Part shown: positions 29,400-39,689 of the stretch, piece by piece
How the letters are laid out: each line of letters opens with the position of its first letter
Position numbering within the stretch: the first letter of the stretch is position 1
Source: an uncultured Thermoplasmata archaeon
GTDB lineage: Archaea > Thermoplasmatota > Thermoplasmata > UBA10834
Assembly (NCBI GenBank): GCA_963719945.1
Contig: CAVRDX010000001.1
Location: 192,001 to 256,000 of the forward strand
Length of the DNA: 64,000 bases
Direction: 5' to 3'
Program-made: the position numbers and the translations under genes
Notes under the pieces: model-generated
Databases searched by the model: none
Seen by the model: only the letters and a program-made list of their open reading frames with translations
What the model was told of the DNA's origin: nothing

Positions 29400-30221
29400 G
29401 TGAAGGATAAGGTCGTCGCATTCCAGGGTGAACAGGGAGCCTATTCCGAAGACGCCTGTGTCAAGTACTTCGGAGCCGATGTCACCGCTAGACCCTATCC
29501 AGATTTTCAATCCGTCTTCGAGGCGGTCGAACGGGATGAGGTCACACATGCGGTCGTTCCTGTCGAGAACTCGATAGAAGGGAGCGTCACGCAGGTCAAC
29601 GACCTCCTGCTGGACCACGACTTGGGGATATCCGGTGAGGTGATAGTCCCTGTCAAGCATTGCCTCATGGTTGCCAAGGGAGCTTCTGAGGAAACAATCC
29701 GAGAAGTACTCAGTCATCCACAGGCTCTGGGACAATGCAGAAAATTCCTTCAAAGGCATAATGCTTGGCGGACGATAGCATCCTACGATACCGCCGGCAG
29801 CGCGAAGATCGTTGCCGAATCAAAGCGTCTGGACCTTGCAGCGATCGCCAGCAAGAGGGCCGCGTCGCTATACGGTCTGGAGATCCTCAGGGAGGACATC
29901 CAGAACGAGGATACCAATGTCACGAGGTTCTTTGTGATGGAGAAGAACCCAGGTACGGTCGAGAGCGCCGACAAGACTTCGATAGTCTTCGCCACGAAGA
30001 ACGCTCCAGGCGCGTTGTACAAATGCCTCGGAGAGTTCGCTTCCAGAGGGGTCAATCTATCCAAGTTGGAGTCCAGACCGAGGAGGAACAAGCCTTGGGT
30101 GTACGTTTTCTTCGCAGACATCGAGGGCGGAGTGGAGGATCCAGACTGCCACGCTGCCATAGGTGGGCTGCTCAAGACCGGTGCATTTGTTAAAGTCCTC
30201 GGCTCGTACAAGAAAGCCTGA
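29400..30221 (+). CDS. pheA: Prephenate dehydratase
   Basis: AFQGEQGAYS, PVENSIEGSV, SHPQALGQC, TRF, ACT domain ESRP; start GTG 29400. Confidence 0.95.
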   Translation: MKDKVVAFQGEQGAYSEDACVKYFGADVTARPYPDFQSVFEAVERDEVTHAVVPVENSIEGSVTQVNDLLLDHDLGISGEVIVPVKHCLMVAKGASEETIREVLSHPQALGQCRKFLQRHNAWRTIASYDTAGSAKIVAESKRLDLAAIASKRAASLYGLEILREDIQNEDTNVTRFFVMEKNPGTVESADKTSIVFATKNAPGALYKCLGEFASRGVNLSKLESRPRRNKPWVYVFFADIEGGVEDPDCHAAIGGLLKTGAFVKVLGSYKKA

Positions 30222-30302
30222 CATCTGCTTTCGAATGTGATAAAACAAGAAAATGGGTTTTTCAAAGGGTTTCTCGAAGACAGCCTATTTCACGTGAGTC
30301 AC

Positions 30303-31523
30303 TCACTTATCTAGGCCCCATGTCCGCCCTTCCCAGCTGGAGAATGACAGGACGAATTCGTACCAGCCCGAGTCCTGTGCGAATGGTACGTCCACATAGT
30401 CGTCTTTGATGCTGTGCATACCGTCGTTCGTGGACGGGGCATAGATGGCAATGCCATAGGACTTGTAGTTATGGATGCTGTTGTAGATTGCGAACACACC
30501 GCCTTCAACGGCATCTATGACTCTCTCAGCTGCATCCTTCAACTCATCGTTGTCGATGTAGTCATCCGCGAGCAAGTTCTTGGCGAACCCCTTAAGATCG
30601 ACGTTGTATGGGTAATAGTACTCCTGTGCACAGATCAAGTCCTGCTGGATATTGTTCATGTATGCTCTGAGAGACTCAAGCAATTCTGCTCCCAGGTCTT
30701 CTACTGCATCGAAGAGGTCGTCCATGTACTCCATGTCCCAGGCACTCATCGTCCAGTCGACATATCCTGACGTGGATGAGTAGTATTCTCCATAGTCTTT
30801 GACGATGACTTTTGATAGTTCTTTCCCGTCCATATCGGCATCTGCAACAAGGTCCCTGGCGATGGCGTCATATGGGAAGCCAGCTCCGGGCACTGTCTCC
30901 TCGCTGAAGACCACGTAATCTGCGCAGTCCATGACCTGATATGCGACTTCGGGCATGGCCATCAGGCACAGGTCGAAGCCAACCACATCGAGCACGATGC
31001 CAGTTTCTTCCTTGGCGCCCATGAGGGCGTCTCTCAACTCGACCATCGTGATGCATTCATCATTTCCAGTCAATGCTTCAGTGGTATCGTCCCAGCACAA
31101 TCCGCGCCATCCGCCACCGTGATCCCAGAGTATGAGTGCGTACCTGTCAGCTGGGTAGTCTGTGCAGGTGTTCACGATGAACTCCTCGAGGACCGCCGGG
31201 TCTGACATGTCGACTTCCTTCGGGTATCCGTATTCATCGCCGATTGAATAATCAGAATCTCCCTCATTCACATACAGAAGGTTCGCATCTCCGCTTAGTG
31301 GGTCCATGAGAACCACAAAGTTGACATTCTCATCGGAACCAACGGTCTCTAGCCATTCAATGTTCAAATCGCCGAATGTCTCCAGGCTGTTGTCGGCGTC
31401 AAGATAGACCATGAAGGTCCATTCTGCGCCTTCATCTCCGGCCGACATCGTGGCTGGGACAACCATCACCGCTAGCATAGCGACTGCCGCTAGCGCGACA
31501 AGTCTTCTACTCAATTCCCTCAC
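30303..31523 (-). CDS. Secreted clostripain-family (C11) cysteine peptidase
   Basis: Signal peptide; WTFMVYLDADN, WDHGGGW, GFDLCLM, SEETVPG. Confidence 0.9.
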   Translation of the reverse strand: MRELSRRLVALAAVAMLAVMVVPATMSAGDEGAEWTFMVYLDADNSLETFGDLNIEWLETVGSDENVNFVVLMDPLSGDANLLYVNEGDSDYSIGDEYGYPKEVDMSDPAVLEEFIVNTCTDYPADRYALILWDHGGGWRGLCWDDTTEALTGNDECITMVELRDALMGAKEETGIVLDVVGFDLCLMAMPEVAYQVMDCADYVVFSEETVPGAGFPYDAIARDLVADADMDGKELSKVIVKDYGEYYSSTSGYVDWTMSAWDMEYMDDLFDAVEDLGAELLESLRAYMNNIQQDLICAQEYYYPYNVDLKGFAKNLLADDYIDNDELKDAAERVIDAVEGGVFAIYNSIHNYKSYGIAIYAPSTNDGMHSIKDDYVDVPFAQDSGWYEFVLSFSSWEGRTWGLDK

Positions 31524-31685
31524 TGTTCTCTTCCCCCGTAGTATATTTAAAGAGGCTTATTTATCGACGGAACCTCAAGAGGTCCGAAGAGTCGTACTGA
31601 CTATGCCCGATAAAATCGTCGAGCTATAAATCTCTTCTCAGCGTCCGATTCTTTAAAAATGTATTGTTTTGTACGCGCAGGACCT

Positions 31686-33032
31686 TCACGATGAAGTTAC
31701 CTTGGACTGCTTCTTGAGCTCCTCGACGCCATCTTCTCCCTTGACTACCCTTCGATCCCTCTCGATCATGGCTAGCTCCTTATCATCGAATGCCCTGGGG
31801 TTCAATGCAATCATCATCCTGGCTTTGGATATCCAAGTCGTCTCGTTGAGGGAGTCCAGGTACTTGAGCACCTTCTTGAACTCGTTGAATGTCATCAGAT
31901 ACTCAATCCCTTCGAGGAGTATGATGCTGTTCGGATTGCTCTCCATGAACCTGATAAGTGTATCCGTGAGCACCGCCAGGCTCGTGGGGGCAATCCTCCG
32001 CTCTCCAGCCGTCTCAGTCAGCCAGATTATCGGGGTCACCTGGATGTTGAACCTCTCCCTGATGTTCTCTGGAAATTCCCTCGTCACTATGATCCCTCTG
32101 GGAATCAGGTATTCAAGCGTCGCTGATGCGGAATCTTCCTTTCCAGGGATATGGGCGTCAGGTCTGAGAGGCAGGGATATCAGTTCTGAGAACAGTCGCA
32201 TGGCCGAACCAGACTCCTCGTCCTCGATGATGTATGGCCCTCGCGGAATGTCGTAAGCTCTGAACCCTGACTTCTTGGCGTTCTCCACCTCTGGATCGAC
32301 AATCAGAGCAGTGAACCGTGTCTGCGTTATGGATCCCAGTATGCCTGCGAAGAGCGCAACCATTACCCAGGAATACGGGTTCGGGCCATCGTATTCGATG
32401 AAATTGCCCAGAACGATGAACAGGGCGAACTGGGACGCTGGTATGGCTATCCACGCGAGTCCTATGCCCTTCATCACCCCTGCGAATACCCTCGCGCCTT
32501 TGCCCTCGTCGAACGCCTCATCCTTTCGCGTCAAGGGAAGGAGGAAATCTATCACTATCGATGCGATGAGGTATGCGAACAATGCGGTGAGGAGGCCCAC
32601 CTCGTCCTTTATCTGGGACCCGATCGGATCGATGACCCACGAGTAGACTATCACGACCAGGCCGATGAATCCCCAGGCAGTTATCATGTTCACGGGGTGC
32701 TTCTTCATCATATCAGAGAACTGATCGATGCTGCTGAATGTCCTGTATCTCGAGTTCAACGCGACCAGGCAGACGGACAACCATATCATGACCACCATGA
32801 AAGTCGCATATATCGCGATGTGCGACTGTTCGCCCCAGGTGCCCAACAGCTCCCTCAAGACCTCGAAGGTCCACAGCAGTGCGATGGATGCGATGAACAG
32901 TGTGAATATCCATCCGCGTATCACGGTGAAGAAATCTGAACCCAGCTTCCTGATGTGCACTGCTGAATACATCACAAGGAGAAGCCCCAGTACACTCGGT
33001 GCGATCTCGAAAGCAATCCTCTCCGCGTCCAT
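31686..33032 (-). CDS. Multi-TM sensor-like protein with C-terminal DUF835 domain
   Basis: ~7 TM N-terminus; GIIVTREFP, IIWLT, IILLEGIEYLMTFNEF DUF835 signature. Confidence 0.82.
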   Translation of the reverse strand: MDAERIAFEIAPSVLGLLLVMYSAVHIRKLGSDFFTVIRGWIFTLFIASIALLWTFEVLRELLGTWGEQSHIAIYATFMVVMIWLSVCLVALNSRYRTFSSIDQFSDMMKKHPVNMITAWGFIGLVVIVYSWVIDPIGSQIKDEVGLLTALFAYLIASIVIDFLLPLTRKDEAFDEGKGARVFAGVMKGIGLAWIAIPASQFALFIVLGNFIEYDGPNPYSWVMVALFAGILGSITQTRFTALIVDPEVENAKKSGFRAYDIPRGPYIIEDEESGSAMRLFSELISLPLRPDAHIPGKEDSASATLEYLIPRGIIVTREFPENIRERFNIQVTPIIWLTETAGERRIAPTSLAVLTDTLIRFMESNPNSIILLEGIEYLMTFNEFKKVLKYLDSLNETTWISKARMMIALNPRAFDDKELAMIERDRRVVKGEDGVEELKKQSKVTSS

Positions 33033-33160
33033 CGACGAATCCTCCTGTTCCCGATCCTGGCTCGTTCAGGCCGACCGTCTGTGACCTAGACTGGTTTCGG
33101 CCGTCCCACCCAATGAGGTATCTATGGTATTATGATTATTGGCTCGTTGGACCGATGCCA

Positions 33161-34852
33161 TCAATTCTTCTGGATGGTCATGACGGCTCCATTGCTTGCG
33201 GAGCTCACACCCTCTCTATATCTCGCGAGGTATCCGGACACCGCCACTTTTGGAGCCTTCCGCTCCTTCAGCCTTGATTTGACCTCCCTCTGGGAGATCA
33301 GCACCTCGATCTCTCTCTCGTCCAGATCGACCCGGATTATGTCTCCGTTCCTGACTGCGGCGATTGCTCCGCCGGAATAAGCCTCGGGCGATATATGGCC
33401 TATCGACAGTCCCTTCGTGCCTCCGGAGAATCGTCCATCCGTGATGAGCGCGACCGATTCCCCGAGACCAAGGCCAGCTATCATTGATGTGGGGCCGAGC
33501 ATCTCAGGCATGCCTGGAGCGCCCTGCGGTCCCTGGTATCGGATTATCACGGCGTCTCCAGCCTTTATCGCGCCCTTCATCATCGCATTCGTCGCAGCCT
33601 TCTCGGTGTCGAAGACCTTCGCTGGGCCCTCGAAGCGCCTCATGGAATCAACGACCGCCGCCTGCTTGATCACGCATCCTTCCTCAGCAAGGTTGCCGTA
33701 CAATATGGCTATGCCTCCTTCTTCGTGATACGCCTTATCGAGCGGTCTGATGACATCAGCATCAATTACGGAGGATGCCTTCGCGATCTCGAGAGTCTTC
33801 CTCCCCGAGACCGTGTCTGTATTCTTCAGGGAGCCTGAAAGCCTGTTTAACACCGCGGGTATCCCGCCAGCTCTCTCGAAATCGTCCATGAAATGATGGC
33901 CTCCGGGTTTCAAGGCCACTATGTGTTTGGTCTCGCGGGAGAGCCTATCGAACACGGACAGTTCAAGATCCAGACCGAACTCTTTTGCTATCGCGACCAA
34001 GTGAAGACAAGTGTTCGTCGAACCGCCGATGGCGTTGTCGACCCTGATGGCGTTCTCGAGGCCATCCTTGGTGACTATGTCTCTTGGCCGGATGTCCTTC
34101 CTGACCAGCTCGACAGCGACTATTCCAGTTCTCCTGGCAGTGACCAGTTTCTCCTTTGAGATCGCATGCTCTGTAGCGGATCCCGTCAGGCTCATCCCCA
34201 TCGCTTCGGTCAAACAGGCCATGGTGTTGGCCGTGAATAGTCCAGAGCACGATCCTGGTCCTGGACATGCGCGTCTCTCGATCTCGTCAAGGTCCTCCTG
34301 CGTGATCCTGCCTGCAGCGAGCTCACCGACCGCTTCGAATATGGATATCACATCGAGCTTGCGGTCCTTGTACTTCCCAGGCATCATAGGTCCGCCTGTC
34401 AGCATGATTGCAGGTATGTTCAGTCTCCCTGCCGCCATGAGCATGCCAGGCGTTATCTTGTCGCAGTTGGTGACCCCTACCCATCCGTCCGCGACATGCG
34501 CTTCGACCATGGCCTCCACCGTGTCTGCGATTATCTCCCTAGATGGAAGCGAGTATCTCATGCCCTCCAATCCCATCGCTATTCCATCACAGATGCCTGG
34601 TACCCCGAACTCGAAGGCGACTCCACCGGCCTCCTCGATGCCTTTCTTGACCTCGGCAACCAGCAGGTTCATGTGTATATGGCCAGGGACGATCGTGTTG
34701 TACGAGTTGGCGATTGCAATGATCGGTTTATCGAAATCCTCATCCTTCATACCGACCGCTCTGAACAATCCTCTCGCGGAAGCCCGCGAATTCCCTTTCT
34801 TCACCGCATCGCTCCTGAGCGTGGTGCCCTTGATATTCTGGACCAACCTCAT
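33161..34852 (-). CDS. ilvD: Dihydroxy-acid dehydratase
   Basis: PGHIH, CDGI, NCDKITPG, CSGLFTANTM, GGSTN, TDGRFSG. Confidence 0.96.
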   Translation of the reverse strand: MRLVQNIKGTTLRSDAVKKGNSRASARGLFRAVGMKDEDFDKPIIAIANSYNTIVPGHIHMNLLVAEVKKGIEEAGGVAFEFGVPGICDGIAMGLEGMRYSLPSREIIADTVEAMVEAHVADGWVGVTNCDKITPGMLMAAGRLNIPAIMLTGGPMMPGKYKDRKLDVISIFEAVGELAAGRITQEDLDEIERRACPGPGSCSGLFTANTMACLTEAMGMSLTGSATEHAISKEKLVTARRTGIVAVELVRKDIRPRDIVTKDGLENAIRVDNAIGGSTNTCLHLVAIAKEFGLDLELSVFDRLSRETKHIVALKPGGHHFMDDFERAGGIPAVLNRLSGSLKNTDTVSGRKTLEIAKASSVIDADVIRPLDKAYHEEGGIAILYGNLAEEGCVIKQAAVVDSMRRFEGPAKVFDTEKAATNAMMKGAIKAGDAVIIRYQGPQGAPGMPEMLGPTSMIAGLGLGESVALITDGRFSGGTKGLSIGHISPEAYSGGAIAAVRNGDIIRVDLDEREIEVLISQREVKSRLKERKAPKVAVSGYLARYREGVSSASNGAVMTIQKN

Positions 34853-36252
34853 ACCCCCAGTTTGAAATCTTCATGAAGTGCATTAACTGCTTTGACCGCG
34901 TCCTTGCTCTTTATTATGCATGATATGTTGAGTTCGGATGAGCCTTGAGCGATGGCTCGGATGTTGATGTTCTCCTTTGCCATGGTGGAGAACACCCTGG
35001 CGGCGACTCCTGGAGTTCCTTTCATGCCCGCTCCGACCACTGCAATTATGCTCAACCCCGTCTCGATATTGACTTCTCTGACCTGCTTGGAACCCAGCAG
35101 GGAAAGCTCAAGCGCGTTCTGCGCCCCTGAGCCGCTCTCCTTCGGTATGGCGAGCGTGATACTCTCCTCTGAGGAACTCTGCGATATCATCAGGACATCG
35201 ATGTCCTCATCCGTTAGGATCTGCAGGACCTTGGCCGGAAGTCTTGGGGTGCCAACCATGCTCGCACCGCAGACTGTGATCAGGTCGACATCGTCTATGT
35301 TGGTGATCGCCTTCACTACATCGCCATCTTTGACCTTGACCTCGCTGACGATGGTGGATCCTGGTCTATCAGGGTCCGTCAGGCTCTTGACTCTGAACGG
35401 CAATTGATACTTGGCCGCGCATTCGAGCGCCTTCGGATGGATGATCTCAGCGCCGAAGTGTGCCAGTTCCATGGCTTCCGGGAATGAGATGCTGTCGATC
35501 ATCCTGGCGTTCTTCACGATCTTCGGGTTCGCAGTCATGAGTCCGTCGACGTCCTTCCATACCCACACCTCGTCGGACCTTATCGAAGCGCCGATTATGG
35601 ATGCGGTATAATCCGAACCTCCTCGACCGATTGTCGTCTGGATGCCCTCCTGGGTCTGGGCTATGAAACCGCTGACGATGGGTATGGTTCCCTCCTCCAT
35701 GACCGGGCCGAGATTCTGTCTCACCTGGAGTATCGTCATGTTCATGAGCGGTTGGGCAGCGCCGAAATTGTCATCCGTCACTATTCCTGCCTCTCCACCA
35801 GAGATCGCCTTCGCCTTCATGTCCAGGTCTTCGAAAACACCTTGAAGCACGGGCGCTGCGAGTCTCTCACCGAAACCTATGACATAATCCCGCGATCTCG
35901 GAGTGAGCTCACCTATGTGTGCGATGCCGAGCAGGATGTTCCGGAGGTCATCGCAAGTTGATGTTACGACGTGCAGGGTCTTGTCCAATATCTCACGGTT
36001 CTTGATTGCGCCTTCACAGGCCTTCCTGTGCCTGTCGGTGAGATCATCCACGTATTTCCGGACCTGCTCCTTGCGCCCTCGACCCGCTTGTGAAGCGGCA
36101 TCTATCAGCGAGTTGGTCACGGAGTGCATGGCGGATGTGACGACTGCGATCTGGTCACCTCGCTCATGGAACTTGTGGACGATCGTGCCGACCTTCCTGA
36201 ATCCCTCTCCGTCCGCAACGCTGACTCCTCCGAACTTCATCACCAATCTCAT
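34849..36252 (-). CDS. lysC: Aspartate kinase
   Basis: KFGG.SV, GRGGSDYTA, DVDG.MTANP, two ACT domains. Confidence 0.95.
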   Translation of the reverse strand: MRLVMKFGGVSVADGEGFRKVGTIVHKFHERGDQIAVVTSAMHSVTNSLIDAASQAGRGRKEQVRKYVDDLTDRHRKACEGAIKNREILDKTLHVVTSTCDDLRNILLGIAHIGELTPRSRDYVIGFGERLAAPVLQGVFEDLDMKAKAISGGEAGIVTDDNFGAAQPLMNMTILQVRQNLGPVMEEGTIPIVSGFIAQTQEGIQTTIGRGGSDYTASIIGASIRSDEVWVWKDVDGLMTANPKIVKNARMIDSISFPEAMELAHFGAEIIHPKALECAAKYQLPFRVKSLTDPDRPGSTIVSEVKVKDGDVVKAITNIDDVDLITVCGASMVGTPRLPAKVLQILTDEDIDVLMISQSSSEESITLAIPKESGSGAQNALELSLLGSKQVREVNIETGLSIIAVVGAGMKGTPGVAARVFSTMAKENINIRAIAQGSSELNISCIIKSKDAVKAVNALHEDFKLGV

Positions 36253-36279
36253 TGCTTACCAACTCTCGATGTGAATGTG

Positions 36280-37305
36280 CTACCTAGCGTATGCTCTGCG
36301 TATCTCTAGCAGGTCCCTGATCACAGAGGTCGCTGTCTCAGGACCTCCTGCGCCTTTGCCCACGAGTGTGACCTCACCTGAAGGGTATGTGTCGAAGCAG
36401 ATCGCGTTGAACGTGCCCGATACATTGAGCGGGTGTGTGAGTTTCACTCTCTGAGGAGAGACCGTTGCCTTGCCGTCAGTAACGCTGCCTATGAGCTTCA
36501 TCGTCTCTCCTTCCGAAAGCGCTCTCTTGATGTCTTCGACGGAGAGGTCGGTGATCCCTCGTATATCGATTTCCTTGATGGAAAGACCTGTGCCAAGCAC
36601 ATGGTTTGATGTTATCACGAGTTTACATGCGGTATCGAGTCCTTCTACGTCGTATGTGGGGTCGGCCTCAGCGTACCCCAACCGCTGAGCATCTGCGAGT
36701 GCATCCTTCATGGTGGCGGACTCGTTCGCCATCCTTGTGAGAATGTAATTGCAGGTACCATTCAGTATGCCCTTTATCGACCGGACTTCGCTGCCCTCCA
36801 GACATTTCTTCGCGAAATCTAGGACAGGGGTCCCGCCTCCGACTGTGCCACTGAACTTGAGGATGATCTCGTTGTGATGGGCCAACTCAATCAGGGCTGG
36901 CATCGCAAGGGCCAATGGGCCCTTGTTTGTGCATACGACATGACGCCCTTTCATCATAGCTGTCTTGAGGTGTGTCAGTCCTGGCTCGGCCGTCGTGATC
37001 TCCGTAGGGGTGGATTCGACTACGACATCGCAGTCCACTTCCTTGATGACTTGGGTACCGGTCATGCCTTCATGATATATGCCCCCGAATCCGCTCAGGT
37101 TTCCCTTGTCCTTCTTGGACTCGAGCGCCCTTCTGAGATCTATACCTGTCTGGGATATCGCAGCTCCTCTGCTGTCAACTATGCCAACGATCTTCGGCTT
37201 CAATCCGTATCTTCTTGCAAGAGATTCTCCATCCGATTCGACTATCTCCGCGAAGCTCCTAGCGACGACTCCGAAACCGACGAGGATTACTCTCAAATCA
37301 AGCAT
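36280..37305 (-). CDS. hom: Homoserine dehydrogenase
   Basis: GFGVV, NKGP, GILNGTCNYIL, GYAEADP..DVEG.D, GAGG.ETA. Confidence 0.95.
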   Translation of the reverse strand: MLDLRVILVGFGVVARSFAEIVESDGESLARRYGLKPKIVGIVDSRGAAISQTGIDLRRALESKKDKGNLSGFGGIYHEGMTGTQVIKEVDCDVVVESTPTEITTAEPGLTHLKTAMMKGRHVVCTNKGPLALAMPALIELAHHNEIILKFSGTVGGGTPVLDFAKKCLEGSEVRSIKGILNGTCNYILTRMANESATMKDALADAQRLGYAEADPTYDVEGLDTACKLVITSNHVLGTGLSIKEIDIRGITDLSVEDIKRALSEGETMKLIGSVTDGKATVSPQRVKLTHPLNVSGTFNAICFDTYPSGEVTLVGKGAGGPETATSVIRDLLEIRRAYAR

Positions 37306-38533
37306 CCTCCAGGAGTTTCTCGAGTGCCTTCATGTCCGCATCTATCACATGAGGTTTCGAGCATTGTTTGATCGCAGTGTCCGGGTCCTTCAGTCCGTGC
37401 CCCGTCGATATGCAGACTATCTTCGCTGATCTATCGATGAGCCCGCTCGCGACATCCTTCGCAAGGCCTGCGACAGCCGCTGCGCCCGCTGGCTCGGGGA
37501 ATACCCCTTCCAGGGTCGCCATCAATCTCTGAGCGTCGAGTATCTCATCATCCGTGACGGTGAAAGCTGTTCCCTTTGATTCCTTGATTGCCCTGACGGT
37601 CTTCTTCCAGTTAGCAGGGTTGCCTATCCTTATCGCAGTGGCAATCGTTTCAGGCTTCTGGACAGGGACCATCGTATCCACACCTTTCGCGAACATCTCG
37701 GCGATGGGGGCGGACCCGACCGCCTGGACTCCCCTGATCTCTGGACGGCCTGCGACGAGGTCTAGCGCCTCGTATTCTTTGAACCCTTTCCAGTAGGCGG
37801 ACGAATTGCCTCCGTTCCCGACGGGCACATAGAGCGCATCCGGGCATGTACCTTCGAGTTGGTCGCACACCTCAAATGCGGCCGTCTTCTGTCCCTCGAT
37901 CCTGAACGGGTTGACCGAGTTAAGGACATACATGCCGAGGGAATCCGATGATCTCATGACCATGTCAAGAGCCTGGTCGAAATTTCCCCGAACAGAGACG
38001 ACAGTCGCTCCGTGCATCATCGCCTGTGCGAGCTTTCCCAGTGCCACCTTCCCTTCCGGTATCAGGACGACACATCTCACACCCGCGTGTCCTGCGTAGG
38101 CCGCGAGTGACGCAGAAGTGTTGCCGGTCGAAGCGCAGGTGACCACTTTCATCCCAAGCTCCATCGCCTTCGTGATTCCCATGGTCATGCCGCGGTCTTT
38201 GAATGACCCCGTGGGATTTGTACCATCGAATTTGAGCCATAGATGGCTGAGGCCTAGATGTTCCGCAAGTCTGTCGCATCTGACTAGCGGCGTCCCTCCC
38301 TCTCCTCTCGTGTATATCCTGGTGTTCTCGGTTACCGGTAACAGTTCTCTGTACTTCCAGACCGATAGCCGCCTGGATGAGAAATCGGTCTTCGACAGCC
38401 TCTCCCTTGCGGAATCGATGTCGACGCTGATCTCCAGAAGATTGCCGCACGAGCTGCATGCATAGGCAGGCCTGGACATATCGTGGACTCTTCCGCATTC
38501 CATGCACTTCATTTCAAAGAACGGCAAACGCAT
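37298..38533 (-). CDS. thrC: Threonine synthase
   Basis: NPTGSFKDRG (PLP Lys), ASTGNTSAS, PVGNGGN, TGHGLKD. Confidence 0.95.
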   Translation of the reverse strand: MRLPFFEMKCMECGRVHDMSRPAYACSSCGNLLEISVDIDSARERLSKTDFSSRRLSVWKYRELLPVTENTRIYTRGEGGTPLVRCDRLAEHLGLSHLWLKFDGTNPTGSFKDRGMTMGITKAMELGMKVVTCASTGNTSASLAAYAGHAGVRCVVLIPEGKVALGKLAQAMMHGATVVSVRGNFDQALDMVMRSSDSLGMYVLNSVNPFRIEGQKTAAFEVCDQLEGTCPDALYVPVGNGGNSSAYWKGFKEYEALDLVAGRPEIRGVQAVGSAPIAEMFAKGVDTMVPVQKPETIATAIRIGNPANWKKTVRAIKESKGTAFTVTDDEILDAQRLMATLEGVFPEPAGAAAVAGLAKDVASGLIDRSAKIVCISTGHGLKDPDTAIKQCSKPHVIDADMKALEKLLEDA

Positions 38534-38719
38534 TCCTCATGGGGCGCGCATGCTATGTTTAGAGTGAATATAAGCCCTTCGCACATCTGGTCATCATCTT
38601 ATTGGTGGTGCGAGCCATCTGGCAACGGCATTTTGCACAAATATGTCCATGGCGAGAATGTTCGATCACAGAGCTTCTTTAATATGCCTTTGTCTCATCC
38701 CCTCCGGTGGGGACAGATC

Positions 38720-39646
38720 ATGAGGTACAGCAAGGTGGTCATATCTTCGCCCGCGACTTTGGCGAATTTCGGTCCGGGATTCGATTCATTCGGATTGTGC
38801 TTGGGCTCTCCAAGGGACACAGTCACTATCCAATTGAAACAACCTGGCATACGCGAGGTCAAGGTATCTGGACGGAGCGGCATACCGACAGATCCTGAGA
38901 AGAACACCGCATCCTATGCTGCCATGCGTCTCGCCGATATGTGTGGATGCGAAGAATACGGTTTCTCGATGACCATCAAGAAAGGCATGAAACCTGGCAG
39001 TGGTATTGGCAGCAGTGCTGCCTCGTCCGTCGGCGGAGCGCTCGCAATGGCTACGCTGATGGGCATGCGCGACGAATCGCTCATTCTCGAAGCGGCGGCC
39101 ATGGGTGAGGAACTGATCGCAGGTGCTAGGCATTTCGATAATGTCGCTGCGGCGCTGCACGGAGGATTCACTGTGGTATCCGATGCTCGCAAGCGAACGA
39201 TATTGAGGATCAAACCTCCGAACTTCCAGATCGTCGTCGTGCTTCCTGAGGTCTCCGTGGAGACACGCGAGGCGCGTGCGGTCCTTCCAAAATCAGTGCC
39301 GATGTCGGATGCCGTGAGCAATCTCTCCATGGCCTCTGGCATGGTATATGCGATGATAAAGCGCGATGTCCGCGCAGTTGGTGCATATCTCGAGGACACA
39401 CTCTCTGTCCCATATAGGAAGAAGCTGGTGCCTGGGTTCGACGAAGTGCGAAAGAGCGCACTCGATTCCGGAGCGCTGGGTGTTTCCCTGGGAGGGTCCG
39501 GACCAGCGGTCTTCGCGATAGCTCTGGAAGACGCGTCGAAGATCAAGCGGGCAATGGTGCGCACGTTCCGGGAATCTTCCGGCCTTGAATCAGAGTCCTT
39601 CATAACGGTTCCTGGCGAAGGCGCCAGAGTTGTGAAGGTCTATTGA
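38720..39646 (+). CDS. thrB: Homoserine kinase
   Basis: PATLANFGPGFD, GIGSSAAS, HFDNV, GSGP; start ATG 38720. Confidence 0.94.
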   Translation: MRYSKVVISSPATLANFGPGFDSFGLCLGSPRDTVTIQLKQPGIREVKVSGRSGIPTDPEKNTASYAAMRLADMCGCEEYGFSMTIKKGMKPGSGIGSSAASSVGGALAMATLMGMRDESLILEAAAMGEELIAGARHFDNVAAALHGGFTVVSDARKRTILRIKPPNFQIVVVLPEVSVETREARAVLPKSVPMSDAVSNLSMASGMVYAMIKRDVRAVGAYLEDTLSVPYRKKLVPGFDEVRKSALDSGALGVSLGGSGPAVFAIALEDASKIKRAMVRTFRESSGLESESFITVPGEGARVVKVY

Positions 39647-39689
39647 CATGGCATGCCCGCCGCGCTGGAAACCGTTGGGCAATGTGACA

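Noticed and set aside
33058-33102. Hammerhead ribozyme-like pieces on the minus strand (GGCCGAAAC...GGTC...CTGAACGA)
   Set aside because: Core reads CTGAACGA rather than CTGANGA, and there is no room for stem I between GTC and CTGA
38534-38719. Thr-rich leader peptide for thrC or thrB, and Phe-rich leader for pheA (29280-29399)
   Set aside because: Looked for by analogy with the leu leader; no short ORF with cognate codon enrichment found
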